A stretch of 64,000 bases of DNA, from contig JAQOWU010000003.1 of assembly GCA_030867685.1 (NCBI GenBank), positions 806,001-870,000 on the forward strand, given 5' to 3'. The DNA is from Wickerhamiella versatilis. Its lineage: Eukaryota. The notes under the pieces were generated by a model. The model searched no databases. It saw nothing but the letters and a program-made list of their open reading frames with translations, and was not told the DNA's origin. The position numbers and the translations under genes are program-made. This document shows positions 10,790-21,460 of this stretch, piece by piece. Position 1 is the stretch's first letter; each line of letters starts with the position of its first letter.

Positions 10790-13522
10790 ATGTCACTAGG
10801 AGAGCTTCCGCTCTTGACCGACCCTGCCGACCGGGTAGGTGCGCCTTCCCTTGTCATTGCAACACTTCCATTGCCAGAGGCGCCTGTGAAGCCAAATATT
10901 TCCTCGTCTGATGATGCTCTCTACTCACCACCTCAATTCGACTATCTAACAACTCGTGGCGGTACCTTACGCATAAATCAGAGCTGCTTTGTTACATGGA
11001 GGCTAGTTGATAAAGAAACTTCTTTAATTCTGGATTCGGTGGATTTCTCTGGAAATACAGGGAAGTCAGCATCTGTCAAGTTGCAGTGTCCAGCTCGAAT
11101 CCTTTCTGATTGTATCGCATTTTCGGTCACAAAAGATACTGTTGTGGTTGATTTTATTAGTTTCTCCGGCTTTTTATATACGGCGTGTATTCCGTTCTCC
11201 GTCTTTAGTGGGAAAGAAACACTCTCAGGTAGAGAATGGAGAGTGGTAAAAAAGCCATATGCCTTTGATTTAATTCGACCACGTTTGCTCTGTGCTTCTG
11301 AAGCATCTAAGCTTATAGTGGCTTTAGCCGATGGACAAATTCTCTTGCTAACCCGAGATCCCCTGCGCCCTCTTGGTGACTTGACAAGTGTCATCCTGCA
11401 AGATCCGCAACAGCCACATGGCTTCAGTTGGGCATTTAGGTCAATAAGTGAAAAAGTTCCTGGATATCCGCATCTTAATCTTCGTTCGGCTGTTTCACTC
11501 ACAGTTCATGGTGACCTTATCGCTTCCTATCACGTGAATAACCAAGTCCGTCTTTGGTCGATAGAACAGTCCAAATGTATTCAGACTATCGGTTTGGGTA
11601 GCTCGCCTACAAGAGTTCAACCATCAAAATATATTGAATGGTCACCTGACGGATCACTCCTAGCGGTCGTGGGACAGCAATCACTCACAGTTCTGGCGAT
11701 TCAGGACGAAGGCCTCATTCGCCAGCGCGAGATAGAGCTACCTCCAGAAGTCCACGGAAAGTTTGTTATTGGTCTAGAGTGGTCTGGATCGAAAGTGGTA
11801 TGCGCCTGGAAGCAGAACTTGTCCGCTTGGCTCATGGCCTTCGGAGATGCAAATGTGGAAAAATTACTACACCGCGATTCAAGTAAACTTATGGCTCTTC
11901 CTAATGAAAATGAGGACCCGAAAAAGCTTGTTTATGCAAGTTATTCCACCTCAACGCGCAAAATGGCACTCGATATATGTAAACCGGCGAAAGACGCAGA
12001 TGAAGACTGGCTCAGGATTGACCGTGTCTGCCGTGAAATAGAGGTCCAAGGATCTGAGATGCTTGCCTTCCTCCCTTTGAATACTGACGCAGATCAGCTC
12101 CTTATGGTGTGCGGGTCACACCTTTCCCTCGTGGGGCAGGTAGATCTTGCTCCTGTGCCACTCAACGGCCCGTCATATATATGGGATGCCGTCGATGATG
12201 ACATACGAGATGATATTTTGGGGTTGCTCAATAGTTGGAACCCTCAAGGGTCTATCTTGGATGATATTAATACTATTGGCTTAGAGGTCTCCGTTCCTGA
12301 AGAGGCTGGTGCAGAGTCTATTATTGACCGCTGGATTGAGCAGTTTGAAAGCCGGCTAAACAATTTTGGTAAGTGCGATGGAGCTTGCGCAGAAACACTG
12401 GCACGCTTGGCTCTGAGAAGGGCTGAGCAACTAAGGCCACAGCTTCAAAAACTAGCCCTGTATATAATAGCATCGTTTTCGGAAGGTCTACTTAATGATG
12501 CTGTGGGTCTGTATTCACGTATCTGCCGACTATATCAATCGACGAATTTTGTTTCTATTTTCATGGAACACGTTGAAATACTAGAAATTGGTGTCAGCGG
12601 AATAGAATGGACAGGTCTGGGCGAGGCAGCGGAGAATGCTTGGAGTTTTGTGCATTGGCATCAGTTCAACCTCTTTCGATGCTTGCTTGATAGCCAACTT
12701 GTTCAGCCGGATGTTCTGTATGCCGTAGCCAACAAAATTATTCCTGGTATTCCTGCTACATTTGCCAAGGGACTTGCTCTACTCCCATCTTCGGAGGGGG
12801 AGACGCTTGTGCGGCAAACTGCAATCCCATTGGCTTCAGGAAAATATGGGAAATTACTGCCATTTGTGGGCTCTGGGCTCGGTGAATACTATTTAGGTCT
12901 ATCGCGGTTGACCACAGGTCCTACCGCATTGAGCCTCTCTATCAGTGCTCACTCGTCTTCTCCAGATGCTGAAGAAATAGCATTACACCTTTTGAAATGT
13001 GCAAGAGATGATAATAGCCTTGAGTGGGCGTATGAGGCTGTTTGCGTTCTTGACCGTCTTAACAGTCCAGAAATAAATTTTGCCCTGTCTACCGTTCTTA
13101 TATTAGCCTGCAATCAAGGACTTGCCGCTGCAGAAGCTGTATTACGCGACCTCCCTTTCATAGGAATGGCTCGTAGGGTCCATCGCCTTCTCAGTTCTAA
13201 CGATGTCTGTGGAACTTTACCCAGCTACAAGTTACTCTACCGCTGGCATGTTGCACGGGAGGACTACGTAGGAGCTGCAGCGGCCCTCTATGTTCAAATT
13301 TGTCGACTACAAGCACAAGCAACGACGGCATCTGTATCGAAGCCTTCGCCCAAGGTCGAAGCTCTATTTGATCTTTATACGATCACCCTCAATGTAATTA
13401 AATTGGCACCACAGAACGAACGATGGATTGTGGCATCTGGCAGACTCGTAACCGCCTCCGATATTCAAAGTGAGTATCACAAACTATTGTCTTCCATGAA
13501 TCAACAATTACAGCATGTTTGA
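10790..13522 (+). CDS. NUP120: Nucleoporin Nup120/Nup160 family
   Basis: N-terminal beta-propeller-like region (FVTWR, PYAF..RP, VRLWS) plus helical C-terminus with Y.LLY.WHV.REDY.GAA.ALY motif; first ATG at 10790. Confidence 0.75.
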   Translation: MSLGELPLLTDPADRVGAPSLVIATLPLPEAPVKPNISSSDDALYSPPQFDYLTTRGGTLRINQSCFVTWRLVDKETSLILDSVDFSGNTGKSASVKLQCPARILSDCIAFSVTKDTVVVDFISFSGFLYTACIPFSVFSGKETLSGREWRVVKKPYAFDLIRPRLLCASEASKLIVALADGQILLLTRDPLRPLGDLTSVILQDPQQPHGFSWAFRSISEKVPGYPHLNLRSAVSLTVHGDLIASYHVNNQVRLWSIEQSKCIQTIGLGSSPTRVQPSKYIEWSPDGSLLAVVGQQSLTVLAIQDEGLIRQREIELPPEVHGKFVIGLEWSGSKVVCAWKQNLSAWLMAFGDANVEKLLHRDSSKLMALPNENEDPKKLVYASYSTSTRKMALDICKPAKDADEDWLRIDRVCREIEVQGSEMLAFLPLNTDADQLLMVCGSHLSLVGQVDLAPVPLNGPSYIWDAVDDDIRDDILGLLNSWNPQGSILDDINTIGLEVSVPEEAGAESIIDRWIEQFESRLNNFGKCDGACAETLARLALRRAEQLRPQLQKLALYIIASFSEGLLNDAVGLYSRICRLYQSTNFVSIFMEHVEILEIGVSGIEWTGLGEAAENAWSFVHWHQFNLFRCLLDSQLVQPDVLYAVANKIIPGIPATFAKGLALLPSSEGETLVRQTAIPLASGKYGKLLPFVGSGLGEYYLGLSRLTTGPTALSLSISAHSSSPDAEEIALHLLKCARDDNSLEWAYEAVCVLDRLNSPEINFALSTVLILACNQGLAAAEAVLRDLPFIGMARRVHRLLSSNDVCGTLPSYKLLYRWHVAREDYVGAAAALYVQICRLQAQATTASVSKPSPKVEALFDLYTITLNVIKLAPQNERWIVASGRLVTASDIQSEYHKLLSSMNQQLQHV

Positions 13523-13670
13523 AGGTCTAACAGTTTTCTTCTCTAATCATTAGTGTGACATACATAATACTTACTTACTAGATGCAAAAGATTTTGATCG
13601 CAGTCGAATTTGTTAACTTTTTTTGCGACACCAGAATCCACGCACTTCGCCTTTCTTTCTATCTTTCTTT

Positions 13671-14645
13671 TTACAAATAGAGGACCTTTTCCCCGGGTGT
13701 CCCTCTCACAATAGCAAAACCTTTAAACTGTCCTAGATCTTTCCGGGCCAGCCGGGGAACCTCTGATAATGCATAGCCTTTTGCAGAGCGACTCCCTTGT
13801 CTTAATGCGTTCATGAGTTCCTCCGAGAGATAAAGAGTCTCACCGCACAGCACATATGGAAAACTATAACAGGATCGCCAGAGAACGATTTCATCTGCAT
13901 CAACAACGCTGGGAAGCTTGGGAAGATCATCCCACGGTACCTCTGAATACTGATTCGCATACTGTTGTCCAATTGCCCCTCCTGGGTGGCATTTACTAAA
14001 AATTTTGACTCTCTTACAGGAATCTTGCTCAATGGCTTCGTATAACGCAACGCACATAGCATCACCAACTGCAAGGCAAGCAGTGGTGGTGACTGTGGGG
14101 GCTGTGAGCCCATATATTTGCTCTTCCGAGTACTTTTCAGGAACACTTGCTGCAATTACAGCTGAAGACAATAGACCCAGAGGGCTTCGCGCTTTACAAG
14201 TGATACATATTTTCTCCATCTGTTTGGGAAGGTGCTTAAGCAACAATAATAGCTCAGGCGTGCTTCCCGATGCTGAGATCATTACAATTACATCGCGTCC
14301 ACTAGTATTGCCAAGGTCACCATGTAATGCTTCACTTGGGTGTAGAGTAGCAGCAGCTATACTGAAACTCTGGAGGGTTGACACAAGTTTTGACGCGATT
14401 TTAAAACTTTTCCCCATTCCCGTAATGACGATCTTTCCCCCTGACAGAAGCACAAACTGCATAATGGATAGTGCCCGACCGAACTGAAGTTGTGTTTCCT
14501 TGTCGCACTCATAGTTATCGGCAATCGATGACAGAGCTCCAGCCTTGGCACGAAGCAACTTTGAGGCAATGGCAATCACAGGCAGGTCGTCATCCCTTGG
14601 CGGAGATGGCGGTAGGATGTTTTCATATGCTCTATTAATATCCAT
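13671..14645 (-). CDS. SIS-domain sugar-phosphate isomerase, KpsF/GutQ-like
   Basis: GKIVITGMGKS, LHPSEALHGDLG, ISASGSTPEL, APT.TTTACLAVGDA, HPGGAIG. Confidence 0.88.
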   Translation of the reverse strand: MDINRAYENILPPSPPRDDDLPVIAIASKLLRAKAGALSSIADNYECDKETQLQFGRALSIMQFVLLSGGKIVITGMGKSFKIASKLVSTLQSFSIAAATLHPSEALHGDLGNTSGRDVIVMISASGSTPELLLLLKHLPKQMEKICITCKARSPLGLLSSAVIAASVPEKYSEEQIYGLTAPTVTTTACLAVGDAMCVALYEAIEQDSCKRVKIFSKCHPGGAIGQQYANQYSEVPWDDLPKLPSVVDADEIVLWRSCYSFPYVLCGETLYLSEELMNALRQGSRSAKGYALSEVPRLARKDLGQFKGFAIVRGTPGEKVLYL

Positions 14646-15139
14646 CTGATCCACTGAGGCTTGTTCGAGGAGTCCCTGAGACCCAATGTATATATGCAGT
14701 TGGTCTGGACTCCTGATGGCATTATTAACGCATCCATGTTAGTCTTGGGTTAGGGTACATTCGTCACGGAAGCGCCACTTGCTGCTTCAGACAGGAAAAT
14801 ATCCAGTAAAGTTTCAGTTAAATAAGGTTTCAACACCTAATTGCTATGTAGAAATCGAATGGCCCGTGGTGGGTACTAGCACGTGATCACTGAGGCATTT
14901 TACATAGCCATAACATCAACTTACTCCTCCCCATCAATCTTCCTTAAACTCGTTTCGTAATCACTAGCTTAAGAATATCAAACCAATCAATCTAATTCAC
15001 AGGCTAATAATAATTTCGTACAGTAATCAAGAATATGCCATCAATAAAGTTGGCTTATAGTTTTCGGCACAGCCAGAGTTTGAAATATTTTTCATTTGTG
15101 GCATGGATAGGTAGATGCATAACCCTTAGAGAGAATATC

Positions 15140-16270
15140 TTACCCCCAAAGGCGATCAATCCAAAAGCACAGCCAGCCATTATAGAAAATAATCGCAAAT
15201 ATTGGCTTCAGCAGTGTAGGCACGTGCTGGAGGATGGCATCGCAGCCTGATGCCTCTGACTCAAGGCCTTCACCAGGTGTTACACGGTTGCGGATGCGAC
15301 ACGAATGAAGAAAATTCCACCATTTAAACCGTTCACATGGCTTGTTTCTCATTAAATTTTTTGAGAGGGGTCCTGAAGGTCCATCGATAATACGCCATTC
15401 AAAGGGAGACCACTGTTGGCGTAGGTCGTCAGGATCTAATTGTGGGTTCCCCCAATAACCATCATATAGAAGCCAGTCCCCCCAATCGAGCTCCCTTTTT
15501 TCCACAGATCCATTTGCGGGCCGCAGCGTTGTCCCATCGAAGGTATAAGCAACATAATTTTTTGCCGGATCCCAGAGGCTGCCTCGATCTGTAAAATCTG
15601 ACAGCATGTGCCAAGGGATGTCGTGGGAATGCCTTCCTCTGGAGACGTACTGTGCGTGAGTGCCCCTCGCTGAAAATAGTGCTGGTCGACCGTCCTGCCG
15701 TTCTAAACTATCCCAGACATATGCAGTACCACCACCATGGGCACTCATCCATACCAATTCCGGCTTCCCACCTCTGAAGCGAGTCAATGTATGCTCCCAA
15801 TCGCCCAAATGATTGCCGAATGGACCCCGTCCCATCACAAAGGGCCCCAAATTAAACGGATAGAAATAGAACCAGAACGCATCTACAACATCACCTGGCT
15901 TTTCAACCACAATGAGAGTTGCCGGAGCATCAACATAACCATCTTCTGCTCTTGGACTTAGTCCGCGAAGCCATGGCGGATTATCATACCATTGTTCTCG
16001 GCAAGTTAGGTATTTTTTGCTATCCACATCCCACGAATTAGCCATTGATGTTAATTCCGATAAACACACAGGCGCAGTAATATTTCTGCTTTTCGTCGAT
16101 ACCATGAAGTGGCGAATATACTCTTCTATAGATCCAGGTAAATATCGCTCCTCCGAGTACAAGTACAAGACTGGGGAATGATCTGTAACGAATTTAGGTA
16201 TATTGGTAGACAATGGGTGCCATTGAATTGCTTGAACAGCCCCCAAGAACCAAAACCATGATACAAGCAT
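15140..16270 (-). CDS. VPS62: Vps62 family protein
   Basis: P.LYLYSEERYLP, DAFWFYFYPFNLGP, FGNHLGDWEH, WMSAHGGG, FSARGTHAQY, DFTDRG.LWDP. Confidence 0.92.
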   Translation of the reverse strand: MLVSWFWFLGAVQAIQWHPLSTNIPKFVTDHSPVLYLYSEERYLPGSIEEYIRHFMVSTKSRNITAPVCLSELTSMANSWDVDSKKYLTCREQWYDNPPWLRGLSPRAEDGYVDAPATLIVVEKPGDVVDAFWFYFYPFNLGPFVMGRGPFGNHLGDWEHTLTRFRGGKPELVWMSAHGGGTAYVWDSLERQDGRPALFSARGTHAQYVSRGRHSHDIPWHMLSDFTDRGSLWDPAKNYVAYTFDGTTLRPANGSVEKRELDWGDWLLYDGYWGNPQLDPDDLRQQWSPFEWRIIDGPSGPLSKNLMRNKPCERFKWWNFLHSCRIRNRVTPGEGLESEASGCDAILQHVPTLLKPIFAIIFYNGWLCFWIDRLWG

Positions 16271-16650
16271 CGAGATTCAGCTCATGTAATTAGTAATGGT
16301 GTTTCGGGCGAAGTGTGTTTGTTGGCCGCCTGCACTTCGCGGCAATTAGATTGATGAAAAAAAACAGCAAAGCGTCCAATTATTTAGCCTAGGAATGTGA
16401 TAAGTTTTGTATTTTCGGACTGATCTGAGCAATTCCCGCCTTCGATTATCTTCTGCGTGTGCTATTTATAACTATCACTTTAAAGCTATCACTCTCCATT
16501 TCACATCTTTTTGTATGTTGGTACTTTGACATTTCTGTCGTATCATCCGACAACGGTGTAAACCCTGAACATTTACCGGTAGGTGTTAACCTTCTAGTAG
16601 CTTAGATAACAGAACGTCCCAAGTTGATTCAAGCGATCTCACCGCCGGAC

Positions 16651-19600
16651 ATGGCGGAAGGCGCCTATTATTCCAGGTCGCAGGACAGGTATGCAGCTTT
16701 TTCTGATATATTTGGTGCTGAACCACCGCCTGGCCGCATACCGGGTTCTATCGAAGCTCCCCCTGCGGTGCAAGGTCCTATGAACTCACATATGACCAGT
16801 GTGCCCATCAGCACGACTACACCCATACCAGCTCATGTGAGCTCCAGCCCGAGAATGTCTCCAATTCCACTACAGCTCAAGATGCCTAGCTCGCGGGCAC
16901 CGGTGCCGACGTCAGTAATGCCCTCGGGCCCTTCGACACCCACAAATCCCTCTGGAAATTCAGAAGACATGCCGTCGCCTGTCACGAGATCCGTGTCCCA
17001 AGTATGGACTGGCTTTAAGAAACAGGTGCTTCCTCAGCGTTCGGCCAGTGCTTCTGTTCCTAGTCTCCAGGGTCATCATCCCAAGCGCTCGGGAATAACA
17101 CGAGGTGGAAGGGCCATACCCAAGAGACAGGCGGCAGTACAGGATGAAGTGCGTGCATTTTCAGACACAGCTAATGGAGCTGTAGCTGGTGCCCCTAGTC
17201 GTAAACCATCATCTTCGACCATCTCGTCCCTCTCGCGGTCCACCATTGTTACAACTTCTCGCCGTGAGCCCTTGGTGTATCCGGCCTTGTTATCCCGTGT
17301 TGCTACAAAGTTCCGTGAGAGGATTGTTGTCGGTGAGCGGGTCAAGAACGAGTTGTCCTACAAGCAGGCGTTTACTGGTGCTGAGGCGGTCAGCATCATC
17401 GCTGAAATTGTGCGCACCCCGGATCGAAACTTAGCGCTTCTGTTAGGACGAGCCTTAGATGCCCAAAAGCTTTTCCATGATGTCACGTATGACAGCCGTT
17501 TGCGAGATTCAACGTCAGAAATTTACCAACTCACGGAACCTCCAGCGGCGGTTAACGGTGTGTTCACGCTCTTAGCTGAATGCTACTCCCCTACATGCAC
17601 CAGAGATCGCCTCTGCTACTCAATTGCGTGCCCACGAAGGCTTGAGCAACAGGCACGATTGCACATGAAGCTTGATCCAGGTCTGAGCTCTCTCACTTTG
17701 AGTACTGCCGAAGAGCCCAAGGAACAACTCTGGAGTCATAGTGTGCCTCCAGAAGTAGTGGAAGCGACACCACGTGGTGAGCAGAAGCGCCAAGAAGTCA
17801 TCTGCGAGCTGATTTATACTGAACGACAGTTCGTGAAGGACCTTGAATATTTGCGGGAGTTTTGGATAAAACCATTACGCCGCAGTAACCACATTATACC
17901 TTCAGAAATACGCCGTGATAAGTTTATCCGATCTGTGTTCTTAAATGTTCTGGAGGTCCATGCTGTTAATCTTAAATTTGTGGAGGCGTTGTCCAAGCGC
18001 CAACACGAGAATCCTGTGGTCTACCAGATTGCAGATGTGGTGGTGGAGTTTGCCCCAAAATTCGAACCATATGTTCGTTATGGTGCAAACCAAATGTGGG
18101 CTAAGCACGAATTTGAGAGGGAACGGGCTACTAATCCTGCATTTGCTAGGTTTGTCGCAGAGACGGAGAGACTGCCCGAGTCTCGTAAATTGGAAATTAA
18201 TGGTTTTTTGACGAAACCCACAACGCGTCTCGCGCGCTACCCGCTTCTTCTGGAAAGCATATTGAAGCATACTAGCGTCGAGAATCCTGATAGCGTGAAT
18301 ATTCCTACGGCCGTATCAATGATACGTGAGTTCTTGTCAAAGCTCAATTCAGAAACTGGATATTCCGAAAACAGGTTCGCTTTGATGCATCTCAATCAAA
18401 AACTTGCATTCCGCCAGGGCGAGTATTATGACCTACGACTTACTGATGATCACCGCCGGATCATATACCAGGGTGAAATGTTTAAGCGCCCGCCGTCACA
18501 AGAAGTACCGGGGATAAAGTTATTCTTGTTTGACAATGTTTTATTGTTTGCTAAAAGTAAAACAGCAAATAAACGGGAATATTTGCGTGTTCATATGAGG
18601 CCTATACCTCTCGAATTATTGCAGTTATCTGAAGGTGATGAAGTGACCAGGCGTAAAGCAACGCATATGATCCGAACAACTGTTGCTCGTCAGGATTCGA
18701 GCAAAACGTTTCCTCTTACATTCCAGCATATAGGCCGTAGAGGCTACGACCTTACGTTGTATACAGACAGCTTTCAATCACGCAAAACCTGGGCAGAAGT
18801 AATATTGAGGCAACGTAATGAGGAGCGGCAGGCATCGGACGTTTTCACTAAGCACGTTCTTCAGGCAGCATTTTTCCGATCAGCCTCTCTACGTGTTACT
18901 TGTGTCAAGCCCTTTGATGGTGGGCGCAAAATGCTGTATGGTACAGATACAGGAATTTATTTAAGTGATATTTCAGCAGATTTTGTGGCTTCTAGTCCAC
19001 GGCTTGTTGTTCAGATGGCCAATGTATTACAAGTTGGAGCACTGGACAAGTACCGCATCCTTTTAGTCCTTGCGGACAAAACCGTACATGCCCTGCCGCT
19101 TGATGCCCTAGAGTCTAGTGATCCTCAAGCATTGGGAAAGCGTGCGAAGCAGGTTGCTTCCAATGTCACTTTCTTCAAAGTTGACGAGTGTCTGGGGCGC
19201 ACCCTCCTCAGCGCGGTTAAATCACACTCTTTGTCGGCCACAATACGAGTATATGAGCCGGCAAACCCTATGGAGCATTCGTCTAAACGGCCACCTCTTC
19301 GTCGACTTTTGACTTCTCAACAACCGCTTAGCGAGGGCTTTTGCATGTTCAAACCGCTTATAGAAATACCCTCAGCTACTCAATCCCTTACTTACTTGAG
19401 AAGCCACCTGTGTCTCGGCTGTTCGAAGGGGTTTGAACTTTTGGATCTAGAGACACTTAAGATCGAAAGTTTGCTTGATCCCGCTGATACGTCTTTGGAC
19501 TTTGTTATAAGACGTGAATCGCTGCGTCCTATTTCCTTATACCGTATTGGCAAAGAGTTTCTTCTCAACTACTCAGACTTCTCTTTCTTCATTAACTCAA

Positions 19601-19875
19601 ATGGCTGGCGCTCGCGTCCTGATTGGATGATTCAATGGGAATGCATGCCTCAGGATATCATCCTCTCTTATCCCTATTTAGTTGCGTTTGATAACAACTT
19701 CATTGAAATCCGTTCAGTCGAAAGTGATCTACTTCGCGTGATTTCGGGCGATAATATCCGATTTCTACATGAATCAACGCATGATATATTGTACGTCCAT
19801 GAAAATGATCGTGGATACGACGAAGTAGTTTCGCTCAACTTTTGGGAAAAGCAAAGGCGCTTGCACAAGGCATGA
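16651..19875 (+). CDS. ROM2: Rho1 GEF (DEP-DH-PH-CNH)
   Basis: VYPALLSRVA, LFHDVTYD.RLRDS, CYSPTC..CYSIACPRR, KRQEVICELIYTE, LTKPTTRLARYPLLL, C-terminal CNH domain. Confidence 0.95.
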   Translation: MAEGAYYSRSQDRYAAFSDIFGAEPPPGRIPGSIEAPPAVQGPMNSHMTSVPISTTTPIPAHVSSSPRMSPIPLQLKMPSSRAPVPTSVMPSGPSTPTNPSGNSEDMPSPVTRSVSQVWTGFKKQVLPQRSASASVPSLQGHHPKRSGITRGGRAIPKRQAAVQDEVRAFSDTANGAVAGAPSRKPSSSTISSLSRSTIVTTSRREPLVYPALLSRVATKFRERIVVGERVKNELSYKQAFTGAEAVSIIAEIVRTPDRNLALLLGRALDAQKLFHDVTYDSRLRDSTSEIYQLTEPPAAVNGVFTLLAECYSPTCTRDRLCYSIACPRRLEQQARLHMKLDPGLSSLTLSTAEEPKEQLWSHSVPPEVVEATPRGEQKRQEVICELIYTERQFVKDLEYLREFWIKPLRRSNHIIPSEIRRDKFIRSVFLNVLEVHAVNLKFVEALSKRQHENPVVYQIADVVVEFAPKFEPYVRYGANQMWAKHEFERERATNPAFARFVAETERLPESRKLEINGFLTKPTTRLARYPLLLESILKHTSVENPDSVNIPTAVSMIREFLSKLNSETGYSENRFALMHLNQKLAFRQGEYYDLRLTDDHRRIIYQGEMFKRPPSQEVPGIKLFLFDNVLLFAKSKTANKREYLRVHMRPIPLELLQLSEGDEVTRRKATHMIRTTVARQDSSKTFPLTFQHIGRRGYDLTLYTDSFQSRKTWAEVILRQRNEERQASDVFTKHVLQAAFFRSASLRVTCVKPFDGGRKMLYGTDTGIYLSDISADFVASSPRLVVQMANVLQVGALDKYRILLVLADKTVHALPLDALESSDPQALGKRAKQVASNVTFFKVDECLGRTLLSAVKSHSLSATIRVYEPANPMEHSSKRPPLRRLLTSQQPLSEGFCMFKPLIEIPSATQSLTYLRSHLCLGCSKGFELLDLETLKIESLLDPADTSLDFVIRRESLRPISLYRIGKEFLLNYSDFSFFINSNGWRSRPDWMIQWECMPQDIILSYPYLVAFDNNFIEIRSVESDLLRVISGDNIRFLHESTHDILYVHENDRGYDEVVSLNFWEKQRRLHKA

Positions 19876-20061
19876 TGATACCTAAATATTATATAGCTCC
19901 TTAGTCCTGTATTCTTTTGATCTTATACGTTTATATTAGAATTATGATCCTAAATTTAAATATTTGTTCTAATCCGATGCGGGGCTTGTTCCTTTTGGCT
20001 GGCCTTACTGGCGCTATGGAATGTAATTATGTAAACAACGTGAATAACTAGCAAGTCGGAG

Positions 20062-20070
20062 CCCTTACCC
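20062..20070 (+). promoter_or_regulatory. CCCTTACCC promoter motif (one of at least 9 CCCTWRCCC copies; see findings)
   Basis: About 55 nt upstream of the elongase ATG; recurs in many promoters in this window. Confidence 0.55.
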
Positions 20071-20123
20071 TACCGCGTGTTTTTCAGCCCAAGAAACATC
20101 TTCCTTCTACGCAGAGAAAGAAG

Positions 20124-21167
20124 ATGAGTGCAGCGCAGGAGTTTCTACATAAAGCTGAAGAGACGGCTGGTCTCACCAGTACTTGTCCTTTGGTTTACGG
20201 GGTTCCAACACTCGAAAGACCCTATGGTGTCGCGCTCTGGCCCTTATTTCGTTACGCGTGCCAGAAGGTTTTTCAGTGGGATCCTGAGAGCTTCCATTAC
20301 GAATTCAACAGTAGTGTTCCGTTGAGCTCTGTCCCCTCGGTTACGCTCGCGATATTGAGCTACTATGTGTTGATATTTGGTGGTAGCGAGTTAATGAAAT
20401 ACTCGCCCCGTCCATTTCGGTTCCACGCCCTCTTCGTGGTCCATAATGCGATTCTTACCGCGTTTAGTTTGCTTCTGCTCTTGTTGCTATGCGAGCAGCT
20501 TACACCTATCGTCTGGAACCATGGCATCTTTTACGCAATTTGCAATACCGCGGCCTGGACTCAAAAAATTGAGATTTTGTACTATTTGAATTACTTGACA
20601 AAATTCTACGAGTTGTTGGATACTATGTTCCTAGTGGTTCGTAAGAAGAAGCTTACTTTTTTGCACACCTATCATCATGGCGCTACTGCAGCATTGTGCT
20701 TCACCCAGCTTAACGGACGCACGAGCGTCTCGTGGGTGCCTATCACTCTCAACCTCGGTGTACACGTGGTGATGTACTTTTACTATTTCTTAACCTCTTT
20801 GGGTGTTCGCCCGTGGTGGAAGACTTGGGTAACACGGTTTCAAATCATCCAGTTCATTGTGGACCTCGGATTTGTGTACTTTGCTACTTACACTTATTTC
20901 ACTAATCGTTTCTGGCCGTGGTGGCCGAACTGCGGAAACTGCGCAGGTAAGCCATCCGCGGCCATTAATGGATGCCTGATCTTGACGTCCTATTTGTTCC
21001 TCTTTATTTCTTTCTACATCAAGTCATACCTCGTTCCTAAGGCTAAGCGAGTTATATCTGAGAAACAGCAGTCGACAGCAGCCAAAGAAGAAAGTGATCC
21101 TTCGACAGCGCTGAAGTCTAGTGCGCGCCCAGCGACGACGAAGAAACCTCGCAGCAGACGCGCATGA
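20124..21167 (+). CDS. ELO2: Fatty acid elongase (ELO/GNS1/SUR4 family, Elo2-like)
   Basis: KFYELLDT, FLHTYHHGAT, HVVMYFYY, TRFQIIQF motifs; paralogue assignment uncertain. Confidence 0.85.
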   Translation: MSAAQEFLHKAEETAGLTSTCPLVYGVPTLERPYGVALWPLFRYACQKVFQWDPESFHYEFNSSVPLSSVPSVTLAILSYYVLIFGGSELMKYSPRPFRFHALFVVHNAILTAFSLLLLLLLCEQLTPIVWNHGIFYAICNTAAWTQKIEILYYLNYLTKFYELLDTMFLVVRKKKLTFLHTYHHGATAALCFTQLNGRTSVSWVPITLNLGVHVVMYFYYFLTSLGVRPWWKTWVTRFQIIQFIVDLGFVYFATYTYFTNRFWPWWPNCGNCAGKPSAAINGCLILTSYLFLFISFYIKSYLVPKAKRVISEKQQSTAAKEESDPSTALKSSARPATTKKPRSRRA

Positions 21168-21460
21168 AACCTAAAAAAGCTTATACTAATCTTTCTAGGC
21201 TGCATATATAAATAGGTTAAAAAAGCTGCAGGATTAAGTCCAATTTTGACATACAAGTTCCTGGCAATGAGCTATCTCTGGGTGAAGGGTTATTATAGCC
21301 TTTGTACTCTTTCTACTGCACTCACATAGATCATAAATTCTTGAAGGGAGAGATCTAGTTCGATGAAGGGGAGAAAAGAACTATGAAGTATACGAGCACC
21401 GACAGCTACAACTTGAGTATTGACTTTTGCAAACCAATATGTGCAGCTCGATTTAAAGCC

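Noticed and set aside
16352-16428. Possible C/D box snoRNA (TGATGA...CTGA)
   Set aside because: No convincing terminal stem and no rRNA guide I can verify; lies in the VPS62/ROM2 divergent promoter.
16513-16605. Possible 5' UTR intron of ROM2 (GTATGT...GTTAAC...TAG)
   Set aside because: Branch site is non-canonical and the acceptor ambiguous; not supportable without RNA data.
9399-16650. GTG/TTG-initiated N-terminal extensions given by the ORF track (TAP42, NUP120, ROM2; also GTR2, SPT4, KH gene)
   Set aside because: This is eukaryotic sequence; the extensions show no recognisable conservation, so the first in-frame ATG was used.
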